Assembly: GCA_963746505.1 (NCBI GenBank)
Contig: CAVVBN010000010.1
Location: 1,142,846-1,206,845 of the forward strand
DNA length: 64,000 nucleotides
Direction of reading: 5' to 3'
Source: an uncultured delta proteobacterium
GTDB taxonomy: Bacteria; Desulfobacterota; Binatia; DP-6
A program made the translations under genes and the position numbers. The notes below the pieces were generated by a model. That model was given only the letters and a program-made list of their open reading frames with translations, had not been told where the DNA came from and made no database searches. Below, in pieces: positions 41,376 to 55,240 of this stretch (positions are counted from its first letter, which is position 1; each line of letters starts with the position of its first letter).

Positions 41376-42779
41376 ATGCACCCGCTGCTCCGCCTGACCC
41401 TCACCGAACTGTGCGCCATGCTCCACGCCGGCGCCGCGTCGCCCGTCGAGCTCATGGACGCGGTCCTCACCCGCATCGACGAGACGAACCCGGTGTTGAA
41501 CGCGGTCTGCTCGCGCCGCGATGCGGATGCCTGCCGTACCGATGCGCGCGCCGCGGAGGCCCGCATCCGGCGGGGTGACGCGCGTCCGCTCGAAGGCGTC
41601 CCCCTCGGCGTGAAGGAGCTCGAGGAGACCATCGGGCTCCCCGCCACGGAGGGCTCCCTCCTGTTCAAGGACCGCGTCGCCACCCGCGACTCGATCCAGG
41701 TGTCGCGCCTGAAGGCAGCCGGGGCGATCGTGGTGGGCAAGACGAATGCCCCGGAGTTCGGTGCGCCGGCGATCACGAAGAACCTCGTGTACGGGGTCAC
41801 GCGGTCGCCGTGGAATCCCGACCTCAGCCCCGGCGGCTCGAGCGGCGGCTCGTCGGCCGCGATGGCGGCTAGCGTCATCCCGCTGGTCACGGCGGGCGAC
41901 GGTGGCGGGTCGATCCGCATCCCGGCGAGCTTCACCGGCTGCTTCGGCCTGAAGACCTCCTACGGGCGCATCGCGCGCGAGCACGAGCAGTGGGAGTACG
42001 GCGACACGGCCGTCTACGGGCCCCTCACGAAGACGGTCGGCGACGCGGCCCTGTTCATGGATCAGGTGGTGGGGCCACACCCAATCGACCCGAAGAGCCT
42101 GCCGCATCCGGGTCACTCCTACGTCGCGCGCCTCGAGGAACGTCTACCGCCGCTGCGCATCGGCTACTCTCCCGACCTCGGCTACGCCGTCGTGCAGTCG
42201 GACGTCGCGGCGGCGGTGGAGGACGGGGTCCGCGTGTTCGAGCGCCTCGGACATCGCGTCGAGCGGATCGCCGGCGGACCGCCGGAGCTGGGCCGCACGT
42301 GGGGACTGCTCGGCGCCTTCCTCCTCGGGGCCAAGCTGCACGACGTGCTGCCCGGCCGTGAGGAGCTGATCGGGCGCGGGCTGCTGCAGGGCATCCGACT
42401 GGGCAGCGAGATGACGCCCGAGCGGTGGGCCGTCCAGGCCAGGCTGCGCGCGCAGCTGAACACCTGGTGCGCCGAGGTGTTCGACCGCGTCGACGTCCTG
42501 GTGACGCCGACCGTCCCCTTCGACCCGTACGCGGCGCCGGGGCCATATCCCACCGAGACCGAGGGGCGTCGCCAGCCGGCGGCCAACGTCGGCTCGTTCA
42601 CCATCCCCTTCAACCTCTCGTGGCACCCGGCCGCGACCGTCCGGGTCGGCCTCTCCCGCGCCGGGCTGCCGATGGGGATGCAGATCGTCGGTCCGCGCCA
42701 TCGTGATGATCTCTGCCTCCAGGTCGCGCGCGCGTTCGAACGCGAGCGCCCGTGGCACCCGCACTGGCCCGGCGTCTAG
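41376..42779 (+). CDS. amidase (amidase-signature family)
   Basis: Intact 467 codons. Motifs are GKTNAPEFG and the signature GGSSGGSSAAMAA..GDGGGSIRIPA. Confidence 0.9.
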   Translation: MHPLLRLTLTELCAMLHAGAASPVELMDAVLTRIDETNPVLNAVCSRRDADACRTDARAAEARIRRGDARPLEGVPLGVKELEETIGLPATEGSLLFKDRVATRDSIQVSRLKAAGAIVVGKTNAPEFGAPAITKNLVYGVTRSPWNPDLSPGGSSGGSSAAMAASVIPLVTAGDGGGSIRIPASFTGCFGLKTSYGRIAREHEQWEYGDTAVYGPLTKTVGDAALFMDQVVGPHPIDPKSLPHPGHSYVARLEERLPPLRIGYSPDLGYAVVQSDVAAAVEDGVRVFERLGHRVERIAGGPPELGRTWGLLGAFLLGAKLHDVLPGREELIGRGLLQGIRLGSEMTPERWAVQARLRAQLNTWCAEVFDRVDVLVTPTVPFDPYAAPGPYPTETEGRRQPAANVGSFTIPFNLSWHPAATVRVGLSRAGLPMGMQIVGPRHRDDLCLQVARAFERERPWHPHWPGV

Positions 42780-43897
42780 AGCGGAACGCGCAGGCCGCGG
42801 CGGCAGAGGGAGAGCGTCAACACGCTCAGCAGAGACGTGACCGCCCCCATCGCCAGCAGGCCCGACGGCAGACCGAGTCGCTGCCAGTCGGGGAACCCCA
42901 GCCACGCCGGGTAGTAGACGAGCACGTGCAGCAGCACCCATGCGGTGAGCGCGTTCGCGCCGACGCTCGAGAGCCATCCGGGCGCGGAATGGCCGTGGCG
43001 CTCGAGGTGCAGGAGGAGCGCCAGCACCGCGCACGCGACGGCGATCGCGAGCGCGACGAAGCTGCTCGTGCCCGTCACCTTGTTGAAGGGAACGCCGGCG
43101 GCGAAGGTCATGATGGCGAGGAGCAGCGCCGCGGCGCCGACGGTCAGCGCCCGCGTCGCCATCACGTCCGGCGTCCGCCCGCGACCGACCAGTACCCCCG
43201 CGAGCGTCAACGGGACGAACGCCAGACTGGCGAAGACGTCCTGGTGCACGACCCCGTTCCAGAGTCCGGAGTAGCCCGCGAGCAACGCCAGCCCGGTGCC
43301 GACGCTCACGCCAAGGGGCGCCCCCTCGAGCAGCGTCGCCGCGATGCCACCGAGCCCGAGCGTCTGCAGGACGCCCCAGCGCGGCACGAGGTGGAGCGCC
43401 GCCACGGCGTCCAGGAGCATCCCAAGCCCGATCAGGAGCACGAAGCGTTGAACCGCCTCGCGCCGCGCGTTGACGGCGGAGAGGCCACGCCGCTGCCGAC
43501 TCGCGAGGAAGAGCGGCAGCGAGAGCCCCACCAGGAACTGGAACAGCGGGGCCGGGAAGTCGAAGAGCCGCAGCGTGTCGCCCTGGTTGTGGCGGAGCAC
43601 CGGCGGGACGTCGTGGAGGAAGACGTTCAGCAGGTTGGCGACCAGCATGCCGACCACGGCGACGCCCCGGCAGGCATCGACCGCCGCGAGGCGCCCGCGA
43701 GGCGACGGGTCGGGCGGTCCGATCAGGCGCCGCGGCGTCGAGGACCGCGGGGGCGAGGCCGATGGCGGTGATCGCCATGCTCCGAGCAGCTGCAAAAGCG
43801 CGACCAGGATGCCGCCGCGACGGAATCGGACGGGACGCCCGTCGCGTGGCCGATCATGCTCACGCGACGGGCGGCGCCGTGCCGGAGGAATCGGCAC
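42776..43897 (-). CDS. DUF1624 / heparan-alpha-glucosaminide N-acetyltransferase-like membrane acyltransferase
   Basis: The ORF has about 10 hydrophobic segments and the family-typical start RLAAVDACRGVAVVGMLVAN. The true start is probably internal to the table ORF because the leading part is Arg/Pro-rich. Confidence 0.65.
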   Translation of the reverse strand: MPIPPARRRPSREHDRPRDGRPVRFRRGGILVALLQLLGAWRSPPSASPPRSSTPRRLIGPPDPSPRGRLAAVDACRGVAVVGMLVANLLNVFLHDVPPVLRHNQGDTLRLFDFPAPLFQFLVGLSLPLFLASRQRRGLSAVNARREAVQRFVLLIGLGMLLDAVAALHLVPRWGVLQTLGLGGIAATLLEGAPLGVSVGTGLALLAGYSGLWNGVVHQDVFASLAFVPLTLAGVLVGRGRTPDVMATRALTVGAAALLLAIMTFAAGVPFNKVTGTSSFVALAIAVACAVLALLLHLERHGHSAPGWLSSVGANALTAWVLLHVLVYYPAWLGFPDWQRLGLPSGLLAMGAVTSLLSVLTLSLCRRGLRVPL

Positions 43898-43915
43898 CGA
43901 GCGGTGCCGCGAAGG

Positions 43916-45770
43916 TCAGTCGAGGAACGCGGCGCTGGCCGAGCTGATGCAGGCGATCGGATTCACGCCGGGGTAGTCCGTGACGAGGGTACCCTCGTCC
44001 ACGCGGTCGGTGACCGCGTTCGGGTTCACGATCGCGTCCGCGAGCCAGTCACGCACGGTGATGCCGCCCGCGAGCAGCGTGTTGTACTGGCCCGACTGCA
44101 GGATCGTGTGGAAGGGCGCCGTGCGCGCCGGGAGCCAGTAATGGATGCCGTTCAGCCCCTGGGTGTCGCAGTAGGCGGTCCGGAGTCCGTTGATCCAGGC
44201 GACGTCGTTCGCGAAGTAGGTCGTGCCCACCTGGGTCTCGTCGATCTGGTTCGAGATGTTGAGGATCTGCTGCTCGGGCACCGCCTTCAAGCGGACCGAG
44301 TTCGCGGTCTGCAGCTCGGGACCGACGGCGCATCCACCTTCGTTGCAGTAGGTCGGCAGCATGGGTCCGACGTTCCAGCTGAACGTCCCCACGTTGCCCA
44401 CGATCAGCGTGCCCAGCGTACGAACGCTCAGCCCACCGCCGTTGTCGAGGGCGAGCCCGGAATCGGGAGCCGCCGTCGTGTGCTGCCACCGGAGGTCGTC
44501 GAGGACCCAGTGGTAGTTGTAGTTGATGCCGAAGCCGCCGGCCGACTCGCCGGCGAACAGCGCCTGGAGCGTATCGGGCCGGTAGCCCTCGGCGCCGTCC
44601 GCCTCGAGCACGGTCCAGACGAGGTCACGCACGTAACCCAGCGAAGCGCGAACGTTCACCCCACCGAAGCGGTTGACGGTGATGGGGGCGGGGGGGTCGG
44701 TGAACACGCTCTGGCCGCCGCCGCCGATGTGCACGTCCTGGGTGCAGTAGGGCAGGAAGACTCGCGTCCAGTCGGCAAACGGATTCGATGGGTCGTCGGA
44801 CTGGTAGCCGGTGGTCGGCGCGCCGTGGCCGGCCGCACTCAGGAGACCGACCGACGCCGAGAAGTTGCAGTCGCTCTCGAACAGACAGACCCCGCCGCCC
44901 TCGAGATCCACGACCACGCGGTCGACCGGCGATCCGGTCGGGGCGAGGTGCACCCAGAAGGCATAGGAGCTGCCATCGCCACAGCGCGTCCCGTAGGTGG
45001 CCTCGTCGAGCACCACCTGCACCCACTGATCGCGGGCCGGTACCGGCACCGTCGAGCGGGGGCCGCAGTCGAGCGTCAGCGGCCCCGAGTCGCCGTGCGA
45101 GGTCGCCACCATGCAGCGGGCCTGGGCGGAGGCGCGGGAGACGTAGTCGTCGGTGACGAGCCCGAGGGTCGCGAAGAAGTCCGTACACGCCGCGTTGACC
45201 TTCTGCACCGCCGTGCTCTCGGCCGCCGCGACGTTGGCCGTGGTCTTCGACGTGACGCAGGTCTTGCCGCGATGGGCCTTGCGGATGCACGCGCTGTCGA
45301 GCTTCAGCACGCGACGCGCGAGCTTGACGGATTCGAGCATGGCCGTTCCGAGACACTGCTTCGTCGCGGCGTCCGCGCCCGTGAGCAGCGCGCCCTGCGG
45401 GCCGCCGAACGTCCGCGCCGCGATGGTGGACGGGTTGCCGCTGCAGGCCTCGGCCAGCCGCGCCGCCAGCGCGGCCGGTGTCGCGAGGGCGCCGAAGCCG
45501 GCGGCCTGCACGGTCGCGGCGTCCGGGCACTTGTCGAGGACCTTCTTCTGCAGCTTGGCGAGGGCCGTCGTCGTCCCGTTGTCGGTGCTCGGGACAGGGT
45601 GCCCCTGTCTCGACATAGCAGTTGCGTGTCCGGCCCCCCACCTTGAACACGCACGACGCCAGCCCGGAGGAGGCGGCGGTCTCGCAACGCTGCGCCGGGG
45701 TGGACGCCGCGAGGGCCGGGGAGACGAGGCAGAGGGTCAGAAAAGCGCCCAGGGCGCCGAGGGTCCGCAT
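43916..45770 (-). pseudogene. secreted pectin-acetylesterase (PAE/Notum)-family esterase with Cys-rich N-terminal region; one frameshift as assembled
   Basis: The signal peptide MRTLGALGAFLTLCLVSPALA is in frame 44625-45770. It joins ORF 43916-45616, which contains VVDLEGGGVCLFESDC and the serine motif FAGESAGGFG. Confidence 0.7.
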
Positions 45771-45833
45771 GGTTTGGGCCTACCGCGGCGCGGCCCGCAG
45801 AGTCAATGCGCATCCTGGCGCGACTCTGCGTGA

Positions 45834-46583
45834 TCAGCCGCGTTTTGCGGCGATCGGCTCTGGCGCCGGCTCGAACGACTCGTGCAGGCCGCACTCGCGC
45901 TTGAGACCGAAGAAGCGGGTCTCCTCCTCCTCGACGCCGTCGGTGAGCTTCGCCGAGGTGTGCCAGTCGCCGATCGAGACGTAGCCCTGCTCCCAGAGCG
46001 GATGGTACGGCAGGTCGTGACGCGTCAGATAGTCGTAGACGTGCTTGTCGTTCCAGTCGACGATCGGATGGACCTTCAGGTAGCCGTCCTGGAGGCCGAG
46101 GACGTTCAGGTGTCGCCGGGAGGACGACTGGCTCCGACGCAGGCCGACGATCCACCCGCGCGCGTCGAGCTCGTCGAGCGCCCGCTGCATGGGTTCGACC
46201 TTGTTGAGCCGGTTGTAGCGGTTGATACCGTCCAGGCCCTGCTCCCAGAGCTTCCCCCAGCGGGCCTCCTGCCAGGCGGGGCCGATCGGGCTGCGGTAGA
46301 TCTTGAGGTTCAGATGCAGCCGCTCGGTCAGCTCGTCGACGAAGCGGTAGGTCTCCGGAAAGAGGTAGCCGGTGTCGGTCAGCACCACCGGAATGTCGGG
46401 CCACTGCCGCGTGACCATGTGCAGCAGAACGGCCGCCTGCGCGCCGAAGCTGGACGAGAGGATGATGTTGGGACGGAACCGCTCGAGCGCCCACGCCACG
46501 CGCGCCTCGGCCTTCTGCCCTTCCAGCTCGGCGTTGGCGCTCGGCAGGTCGACGTCCGAGACCTCGAGAGGGGTCCCCATCAC
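45834..46583 (-). CDS. cysH: phosphoadenosine phosphosulfate (PAPS) reductase
   Basis: Intact 249 codons with [15 protein letters not shown] and the C-terminal KRECGLHE. There is no Cys-pair Fe-S motif, so this is the PAPS type rather than the APS type. Confidence 0.9.
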   Translation of the reverse strand: MMGTPLEVSDVDLPSANAELEGQKAEARVAWALERFRPNIILSSSFGAQAAVLLHMVTRQWPDIPVVLTDTGYLFPETYRFVDELTERLHLNLKIYRSPIGPAWQEARWGKLWEQGLDGINRYNRLNKVEPMQRALDELDARGWIVGLRRSQSSSRRHLNVLGLQDGYLKVHPIVDWNDKHVYDYLTRHDLPYHPLWEQGYVSIGDWHTSAKLTDGVEEEETRFFGLKRECGLHESFEPAPEPIAAKRG

Positions 46584-46614
46584 CGTCCGGTTGTCGGGTA
46601 GAACTCGTCCCGAG

Positions 46615-47061
46615 TCAACGACGACACGGGCCCGACGCCTTTCTGAGAATGCCGCACAGCCGGCGCAGATCGGCCGCCCCGAGGCGGTGGATGGGCTCGG
46701 GCGGCTCCGCCAGCCGGTCGAGGACGCGGGCCCGGAGCGTCGCGCCGCGGGCGGTGACGACGAGGGCCTTCACCCGCCGATCGTGGGCAACCGGCGCCCG
46801 GGAGACCAGACCTCGCTGCTCGAGGCGATCGACCAGGCCGGTGACGTTCGAGGCGTGACACGCGAGCGCCTCGGCGAGCTCGCGCATGGGTACCGGGCGT
46901 CCCGGCTCGAGCAAGCGCAGCACGTGGCACTGGGCCGGGGACAGGGCGAACTCGGCGGCCACGGCCGGGAGCTGCGCCCGCTGGGCGGCCATCAGGTCGA
47001 AGAGGAGCCGCCAGGCCTCGCCGGCTGGTCCAGTGACACGTCTTCGCACGGTTTTTCCCAT
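46615..47061 (-). CDS. MarR-family transcriptional regulator
   Basis: Intact 148 codons with a winged-HTH region ([42 protein letters not shown]). It ends 31 nt upstream of cysH on the same strand. Confidence 0.85.
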   Translation of the reverse strand: MGKTVRRRVTGPAGEAWRLLFDLMAAQRAQLPAVAAEFALSPAQCHVLRLLEPGRPVPMRELAEALACHASNVTGLVDRLEQRGLVSRAPVAHDRRVKALVVTARGATLRARVLDRLAEPPEPIHRLGAADLRRLCGILRKASGPCRR

Positions 47062-47114
47062 ACCCGAGACTCCCGATGGTTGACAATCTCAATAATCGAC
47101 ACACAGTGGCCACC

Positions 47115-49383
<2,269 letters not shown>

Positions 49384-49400
<17 letters not shown>

Positions 49401-49899
49401 ACGTCCAGTACTTGCTGGCGACGAAGTTCCACAGCACCACGAAGGGCACGGCACAAACGGACGCCAGGACCACGGCGTTCGCCTCGGGATGCTCGCCGAA
49501 CTGGAAGAGCCGTCCCGTCCAGGCGACGAGGAACGCCTTGGTCAGCGCGAGGTTCAGCCCCAGGCCGACCAGGTTGGTGGTGAGGAACATCGAGTACTGA
49601 CGCCGCGCGCGCGCGTGGTCGCGGGCGCGGAACGTCCAGGTCCGGTTCCAGACGAACCCGTTGGTGACGGCGAGCGCGAACGAGATCGTCGCGCTCACCC
49701 ACCATGGCGTCCGCGGCAGCACGTCGTTGACGAGGACCCATAGCGTGCCCTTGTCGATGACGGTGCTGGTGGCGCCGACGAGGCAGAACTTGACCAGCTG
49801 GCGCACGCCACGCCGTTGCGCCAGCGCCGAGGCGCGGTCCGAGAACGTTGCGGTTCTGCCGGGCGGGGGCGCCATCGTGGAAGCCCGCACTATAGACAT
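49384..49899 (-). CDS. GtrA-family membrane protein
   Basis: Intact 171 codons with LVKFCLVGATSTVIDKGTLWVL, NRTWTF and KYWTF. Confidence 0.8.
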
Positions 49900-49926
49900 A
49901 CTTGCGGGTCCGCTCCCAATCGCCCG

Positions 49927-51071
49927 TCAGCCCGCCGCGTCGTCGCCGGGCCACGAGCCCATCGCGGGCGTGTCGAGCCGATCGGGTCGCGACTCGCCGC
50001 GCGCGACGCGCGCCAGCAGCTCATCGAGACAGGCGAACGTCGTCGCGTTGTCCCGCGAGCGATAGCCCTCCAGGGCCTGTGCGTGGCGGCCGGCGCGCTC
50101 GAGGAACGCCTGCGACCGCATCCGCGTCGAGGGTGCGCGTCCATTCGCCGTAGCCCAGGTGTGCCAGCCAGCGGGCGTTCAGCTCCTGCTCGAACTGGCC
50201 GTCGATCGGCTGCACCAGCATCGGCACATGGAGGTGGACGGCCTCGCTCATGAACGAGAAGCCGCCCCCGGCGATGACGGCACGGGCGGTGCGAAAGTCG
50301 TCGACGAATCCCTGCTCGGCGAACGGCCGGACGGTGACCGTGCCACCGCTCCCCGTGCCGCCGAAGCCGTAGACGATGAACCGGCCCGGGCAGCCGGCGC
50401 AGCACGTCGAGGAGCTCCGGGCGCATCGCGGCCGATGGATAGACGAGCACGTGATCACGCGGCTCGCGCACCGCCGCCAGGATCGGCGGACGCAGGATCG
50501 GTGGCACCAGCGTCGTCCGCGCCTTCCGCACCGGAGGGAAGAAGAAGCTGGTGACGAGATAGTGGTACGCCCCGGGCAGCTTGGCCTTCACCGCCAGGCG
50601 GGCGATCAGGAAGTCGCGCCGCTCGGGACCCAGCACCGCGGGATCATGACGACAGCGGTTCAGCACCTGCATGTTGTCGATGCTGATGACGGGCTTCCGG
50701 TGCACGCGGGCGTAGACGTAGGCCCAGGACTCGAAGTCGCTGATGACGACGTCGGGCGCGAAGCCGGCCTCGGCGACGCGCCGGTACACGCCGACGTTGT
50801 GCAGCAGCCGCTTCGGCGCGCGCTCGAGGTTCTCGCGCAGGCTCTCGAGGAGGTCGAGGCCGCCGCCGTCTTCGAACTGGAGCGTCAGGCCGGCGATCTC
50901 CTCCACCGTCGCGCGAGGGAACGCGCGCAGCCGCTCGCGCAGCAGCGCGTGGGCGCGACCCGACACCACCACCCGCACCTCGTGGCCCGCGCCGAGGAGG
51001 TGCTCGAGCAGCACCAGGCTGCGGGTCGCGTGCCCCATCCCCTCGCCGACCACGCCGTAGAGGACTCGCAT
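49927..51071 (-). pseudogene. glycosyltransferase (GT1/GT28-like, MJ1255 type); frameshifted as assembled
   Basis: ATG 51071 begins MRVLYGVVGEGMGHATRSLVLLEHLLGAGHEVRVV. The C-terminal half is in other frames (FIVYGFGGTGSGG..VIAGGGFSFMSEAVHLHVPMLVQPIDGQFEQELNARWL). At least 2 indels. Confidence 0.65.
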
Positions 51072-51126
51072 GCACCGAGGGTAGCGCCCGTTCCCGCGGG
51101 TTGCCATCCGGTGTAGGAGAGCCGGC

Positions 51127-51928
51127 ATGACGCTCTCCGGACAGACCATTCTCGTCACCGGCGCCTCCTCCGGCATCGGCGCCGCGCTCGCCCCCATGCT
51201 CGCCGCGCGCGGCGCGACCGTCGGCATCGTCGCCCGGCGGAAGGACCGGCTCGAGGACGTGCTCGCCGCGTGCCGGCGGCACGCGCCCGCGTCGCGCATG
51301 TGGGCCGCCGACCTCGGCGATCTCGACCGCGCCGAGCAGGTCGCGCGCGAGGCGTGGGACGCGTTCGGCGCGCTCGACGTCCTGGTGAACAACGCCGCCA
51401 TGGGCAAGCGACAGCCCGTCCAGCGCCTCACCACGGCGGAGATCACGCAGGTGATGGACCTGAACTTCCATTCGCCCGTGCGGATGGGCCAGGCGTTGCT
51501 GCCGCGCATGCTGGAGCGGCGGCGCGGCACGATCGTCAACGTCGCCAGCCTCGGCGGTCGGGTCGGCATCGTGAACGAGGCCGCGTACTGCGCCGCCAAG
51601 TTCGCGCTCTGCGGCTGGAGCGAGGTCATGGCCATGGATCTGGCCGGGACCGGGGTGCGCGTCTGCGTCGTGCTGCCCGGCCCGATCGCCACCGAGATCT
51701 GGGAGACGCGTCCCGGCGACGTGCCGGCGCTCTACCAGGGACCGTTCGTCTCCGCCGAGGATTGCGCGGCCGACATCGTCCGCGCGATCGAGGGCGACCG
51801 CTTCGAGTACTACGCGCCGGAGACAGGTCGCGGGCGGCTTCGCACAGAAGGACGTCGTCCTCGGCAAGACGCAGGACCCCGACGCGTTCATCGCATCGAT
51901 GCAGGCGATGGCCGCGAGCGCACGCTAG
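51127..51928 (+). pseudogene. short-chain dehydrogenase/reductase (SDR); one frameshift near the 3' end as assembled
   Basis: Motifs are [23 protein letters not shown] and YCAAKFALCGWSE. My own translation of the end gives QKDVVLGKTQDPDAFIASMQAMAASAR*. Confidence 0.75.
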
Positions 51929-52282
51929 ATGGACGAGCCCGGCGAGACGCGGTTCCGGGCGCTGGCGGTGCACGGCTCCGAGGCCCGCGCCACGCTGACG
52001 CCGGCGCACGCGGAACGCCTGTGCGCCGGACACTTTCCCGGTCAGCCGCTGCTGCCGGGGGCCGCGCTCGTCGGGCTGATGGCGGAGATGGCCGCACGCG
52101 CGGCGGGACGACCCGACGCCACGCCGATCGAGGTGGTCCGCGCCGTGTTCGTCGCGCGCGTGCATCCCCGCGATCCGATCGAGATCACCGCGCGGGCCCG
52201 CGCTGGGCGCGTGGACGCGGACGTGCGCTGCGCCGGTCGCCGGGCCGCCCGAGCGACGTTCCGCTTCGGCGCACCGCGATGA
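51929..52282 (+). CDS. FabZ/FabA-like hotdog dehydratase subunit (carries the HFPG motif)
   Basis: Intact 117 codons with GHFPGQPLLPGAALVGLMAEMAA. The ATG directly abuts the SDR stop. Confidence 0.65.
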   Translation: MDEPGETRFRALAVHGSEARATLTPAHAERLCAGHFPGQPLLPGAALVGLMAEMAARAAGRPDATPIEVVRAVFVARVHPRDPIEITARARAGRVDADVRCAGRRAARATFRFGAPR

Positions 52283-52671
52283 GCCTGCCGCGGCCGGACG
52301 AGCTGCTGCGGCACCGGCCGCCGGCCCTGCTGCTCGAGGCCCTCGACCGCCTGGAGGACGGACGCCTGTCCTGTACGACGACGACCCGCGCCAGGTGGAC
52401 GTGGCCGGACGTGCTGGAGAGCGCCGCCCAGGCTGCCGGCCTCGCGGCGGGACTCCTCGACGAGGGCCTCGACAACACCGCCGTGATCGCCGAGTACCGC
52501 CACGTCCGCATCCACGTCCCCACGCACGCCGGCGCGCTCCGCGTGACGGCGGCGCTCGAGCGCCGCGTCCTCCACTTCCGGCGCTGTCGCGTCGAGGCGC
52601 GCACCCTCGACGGCGCGCTCCTGCTCGAGGCCACGGTCACGCTGGCACCGGGCGAGCGACATGACGGATGA
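52279..52671 (+). CDS. FabZ-like hotdog protein (carries the LxHRPPxLLL motif, no HFPG)
   Basis: It lies in the frame of table ORF 51127-52671. ATG 52279 overlaps the upstream stop (ATGA). The sequence is MSLPRPDELLRHRPPALLLEALDRL. Confidence 0.6.
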   Translation: MSLPRPDELLRHRPPALLLEALDRLEDGRLSCTTTTRARWTWPDVLESAAQAAGLAAGLLDEGLDNTAVIAEYRHVRIHVPTHAGALRVTAALERRVLHFRRCRVEARTLDGALLLEATVTLAPGERHDG

Positions 52672-53798
52672 CGTCTACGCCGTGCTGGCGGAGGCGGGCT
52701 TCGGCGCCGACCTGTTCAACCCCGCGCAGCACGCGGCGTTCGAGCGGATCGACCGCTACGCCGAGGCGCTGGCCGCCGGGCTGCTCGATCGGCTCGAGCT
52801 GACGGCGCTGCTCGACGACGCCCCGGACTCCCGGCGAGCTCGTCGCCGCGCGCGGCTTCGCGCCCGCGTTCACGCCGATCCTCGGCTGGCTCCTCGAGCT
52901 GCTCGTGACGACGGGCACGCTCACCGCGTCCGCCGGCCGCTTCGCACTGTCGACGAACGCGCTGCCCATCGGGGCGGACCCATCTCCCGATCCGGATCCG
53001 GCCTACGCCCCGGCGTACGCGCTCCTCGACGAGGCGGCGGCACTCTACCCGCGCGTCGCCGCCGGCGAGACGACCGGCGAGCAGGCGCTCTTCCGCAAGC
53101 TCATGCTGTGGACGAGCTACTTCAGCAACGCGAACCGCTACTACGCGCTCAACAACCGGGTCGCCGCCCGGGCCGCCGCGGATCGGCTCGGACTCGCCGC
53201 GTCGGTGCTCGAGCTGGGCGCCGGACTCGGCAGCGCGACCGAGGCGCTGCTCGAGGCGATCGCCGCACGGGGTGCCGCGGATCGCATCGTCGCCTACCGC
53301 GTCACCGAGCCGGCCCTGCTCTTCCGCCGTCGCGCCGAGCGCGCGCTCGCCGGGCGGCATCCGGCGCTCGTGTTCGACGCCCTCGACCTGAATCAGCCCT
53401 GGGCCGGTCAAGGGATCGCGGAACGGAGCCAGACGCTCGTGTGGGGCGTCAACGTCTTCCACCTCGCCCGCAACCTCGACGCGGTGCTGCGCGAGGCGTA
53501 CGCCGCCCTCGCGCCGGGTGGGTGGCTGGTCGTCGGCGAGGGCGTCCGCCCGACCCCCGATCACCCCGTCGCCGCGGAGCTCCCGTTCCGCCTGCTCGAG
53601 AGCTTCGTCGCGGTGGAGATCGATCCGCGCCGCCGGCCCACGCCGGGGTTTCTCGCCGCCGAGCAGTGGCGCGATGCGTTCGTGGCCGCAGGCTTCACCG
53701 AGATCGCGCTGGTGCCGGACGTGATCCGGCTGCGCGCGATCCACCCCGCCCTCTACGCCGCCGCGATCTGCGGGCGGCGCCCACTCACACCATCGTGA
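52661..53798 (+). pseudogene. class I SAM-dependent methyltransferase; one frameshift as assembled
   Basis: The 52661 piece (MTDDVYAVLAEAGFG) joins ORF 52905-53798, which has the SAM motif VLELGAGLGSATEAL and GGWLVVGEG. It overlaps the upstream gene by 11 nt. Confidence 0.7.
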
Positions 53799-54540
53799 GG
53801 CCGCCGTCGACGTGCACCGTGGTTCCGGTGAGGTACGACGCCGCGGGCGAGGCGAGGAACGCGATGACCTCTGCGACCTCCTCGGGGCGGGCGAAGCGGC
53901 CGAGCGGAATCTGCTTCTCCAGCTCCGCACGCGTCGCGGGCGGCATGTCGGCGATCAGGTGCGTGTCGACGAAGCCCGGCGAGACCGCCGTCACCGTGAT
54001 CGCGTAGCGCGCGACCTCGCGCGCGAGGGATTTCGTCAGCGCCACCAGGCCGCCCTTCGCCGCGGCGTAGCTCGACGCCCCCTCCTTGCCGAAGAAGGCC
54101 GCCGGCGAGACGACGTTGACGATGCGGCCCCAGCGCCCGGCGATCATGCCGCGCAGCGCGGTCTTGCAGCAGAGGAACGCCCCGGTGAGGTTCACGTCGA
54201 GGACGCGGGCCCAGGCGGCGTCGGGCAGCATCATCACGAGGCCGTCGTGGCTGACCGCGGCGTTGTTCACCAGGATGTCCGGCGGGCCGCCGAGCGGCTC
54301 GCGGATGGCCAGGAACAGGTCCTTCACCGCCTCGGCGTCGGCGACGTCGGCGCGGCTCGCATGTCCCCGCGCACCGAGCGCGCGGAGCGCGGCCAGGGTG
54401 TCGTCCGCCTCGCCCTCGTCCTCGCTGCGCGAGTAGTTGAAGGCCACGGCCGCGCCGGCCTGCGCGAGCGCCAGCACCGTCGCGCGCCCGATGCCGCGCG
54501 ATCCGCCCGTGACCAGCGCGCGCCGTCCCGCGAGCGTCAT
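53785..54540 (-). CDS. fabG: 3-oxoacyl-ACP reductase (FabG-type SDR)
   Basis: Intact 251 codons with [34 protein letters not shown] and HVDGGLTM. Confidence 0.85.
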   Translation of the reverse strand: MTLAGRRALVTGGSRGIGRATVLALAQAGAAVAFNYSRSEDEGEADDTLAALRALGARGHASRADVADAEAVKDLFLAIREPLGGPPDILVNNAAVSHDGLVMMLPDAAWARVLDVNLTGAFLCCKTALRGMIAGRWGRIVNVVSPAAFFGKEGASSYAAAKGGLVALTKSLAREVARYAITVTAVSPGFVDTHLIADMPPATRAELEKQIPLGRFARPEEVAEVIAFLASPAASYLTGTTVHVDGGLTMV

Positions 54541-54589
54541 GCCCGGGCTCTACACCAAAGTCCAGGCCGCGCACACCCGGTCGCCGATA

Positions 54590-55229
54590 GTGCCGTGCCG
54601 CGATTGCCCGTATACCGTCGTCGTGGCCGCGTACGCCCTCGTCGGCTGGCTGCTGTTCGCCACGCTCGCGTTCGGCCTGCGCAGCCTGGTGCACTGGTGG
54701 CAGACCGGGACGAGCGGGTTCCTCGGCATCGCCGGCCGTCCCGGATCGGTCGAGTGGCTGGGCGGCGTGGGCTTCACCGTCGCGGCGCTCCTCGGGCCAC
54801 TGGCCCCGGCGCTCGTCCTGGCCGGCGCGTCCGACACCTGGCCGGCGCTCGACGTCCCGCCGGTCCACACCCTGGGGATCGTGCTCTACGTCGTCGGCGT
54901 CGTGGCGACGCTCTGGGCGCAGCTCGCGATGGGGCGATCGTGGCGCGTCGGCGTCAGGAACGACGAGCGCACGGCGCTGGTCACCGCCGGACCGTTCCGT
55001 TGGATCCGCAATCCCATCTACACGGCGATGCTGCTCGCCGTCGCCGGACTGGCCCTCGATGGTACCGACCGTCGTCTCGGCCCTCGCCATCGGCGCGCTG
55101 CTCGCGGCGCTCGAGCTGCACGTCCGCGCCGTCGAGGAACCGTACCTCACGCGGGTCCACGGCCGGGCCTATCGCGACTGGGGACGCCGCACCGGTCGTT
55201 TCCTCCCCGGCATCGGCCGCCTCTCGTAG
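54590..55229 (+). pseudogene. isoprenylcysteine carboxyl / phospholipid methyltransferase-family membrane protein; one frameshift as assembled
   Basis: GTG 54590 is followed by TM segments and [20 protein letters not shown]. My own translation of the end gives [40 protein letters not shown]. Confidence 0.6.
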
Positions 55230-55240
55230 CCGAGCCTCGG

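Noticed and set aside
39881-41935. The N-terminal roughly 690 codons of table ORF 38735-41935 (1066 codons).
   Set aside because: Only the last roughly 380 codons (38735-39880) are protein-like, with a signal peptide and beta-barrel. The upstream part overlaps the MATE gene in another frame and is Arg/Ala/Gly-rich read-through.
47080-47108. TTGACA at 47080-47085 considered as the -35 element of a lon promoter.
   Set aside because: No convincing -10 hexamer lies 16-18 nt downstream (acagtg). I kept it only as part of the spacer description, not as a feature.
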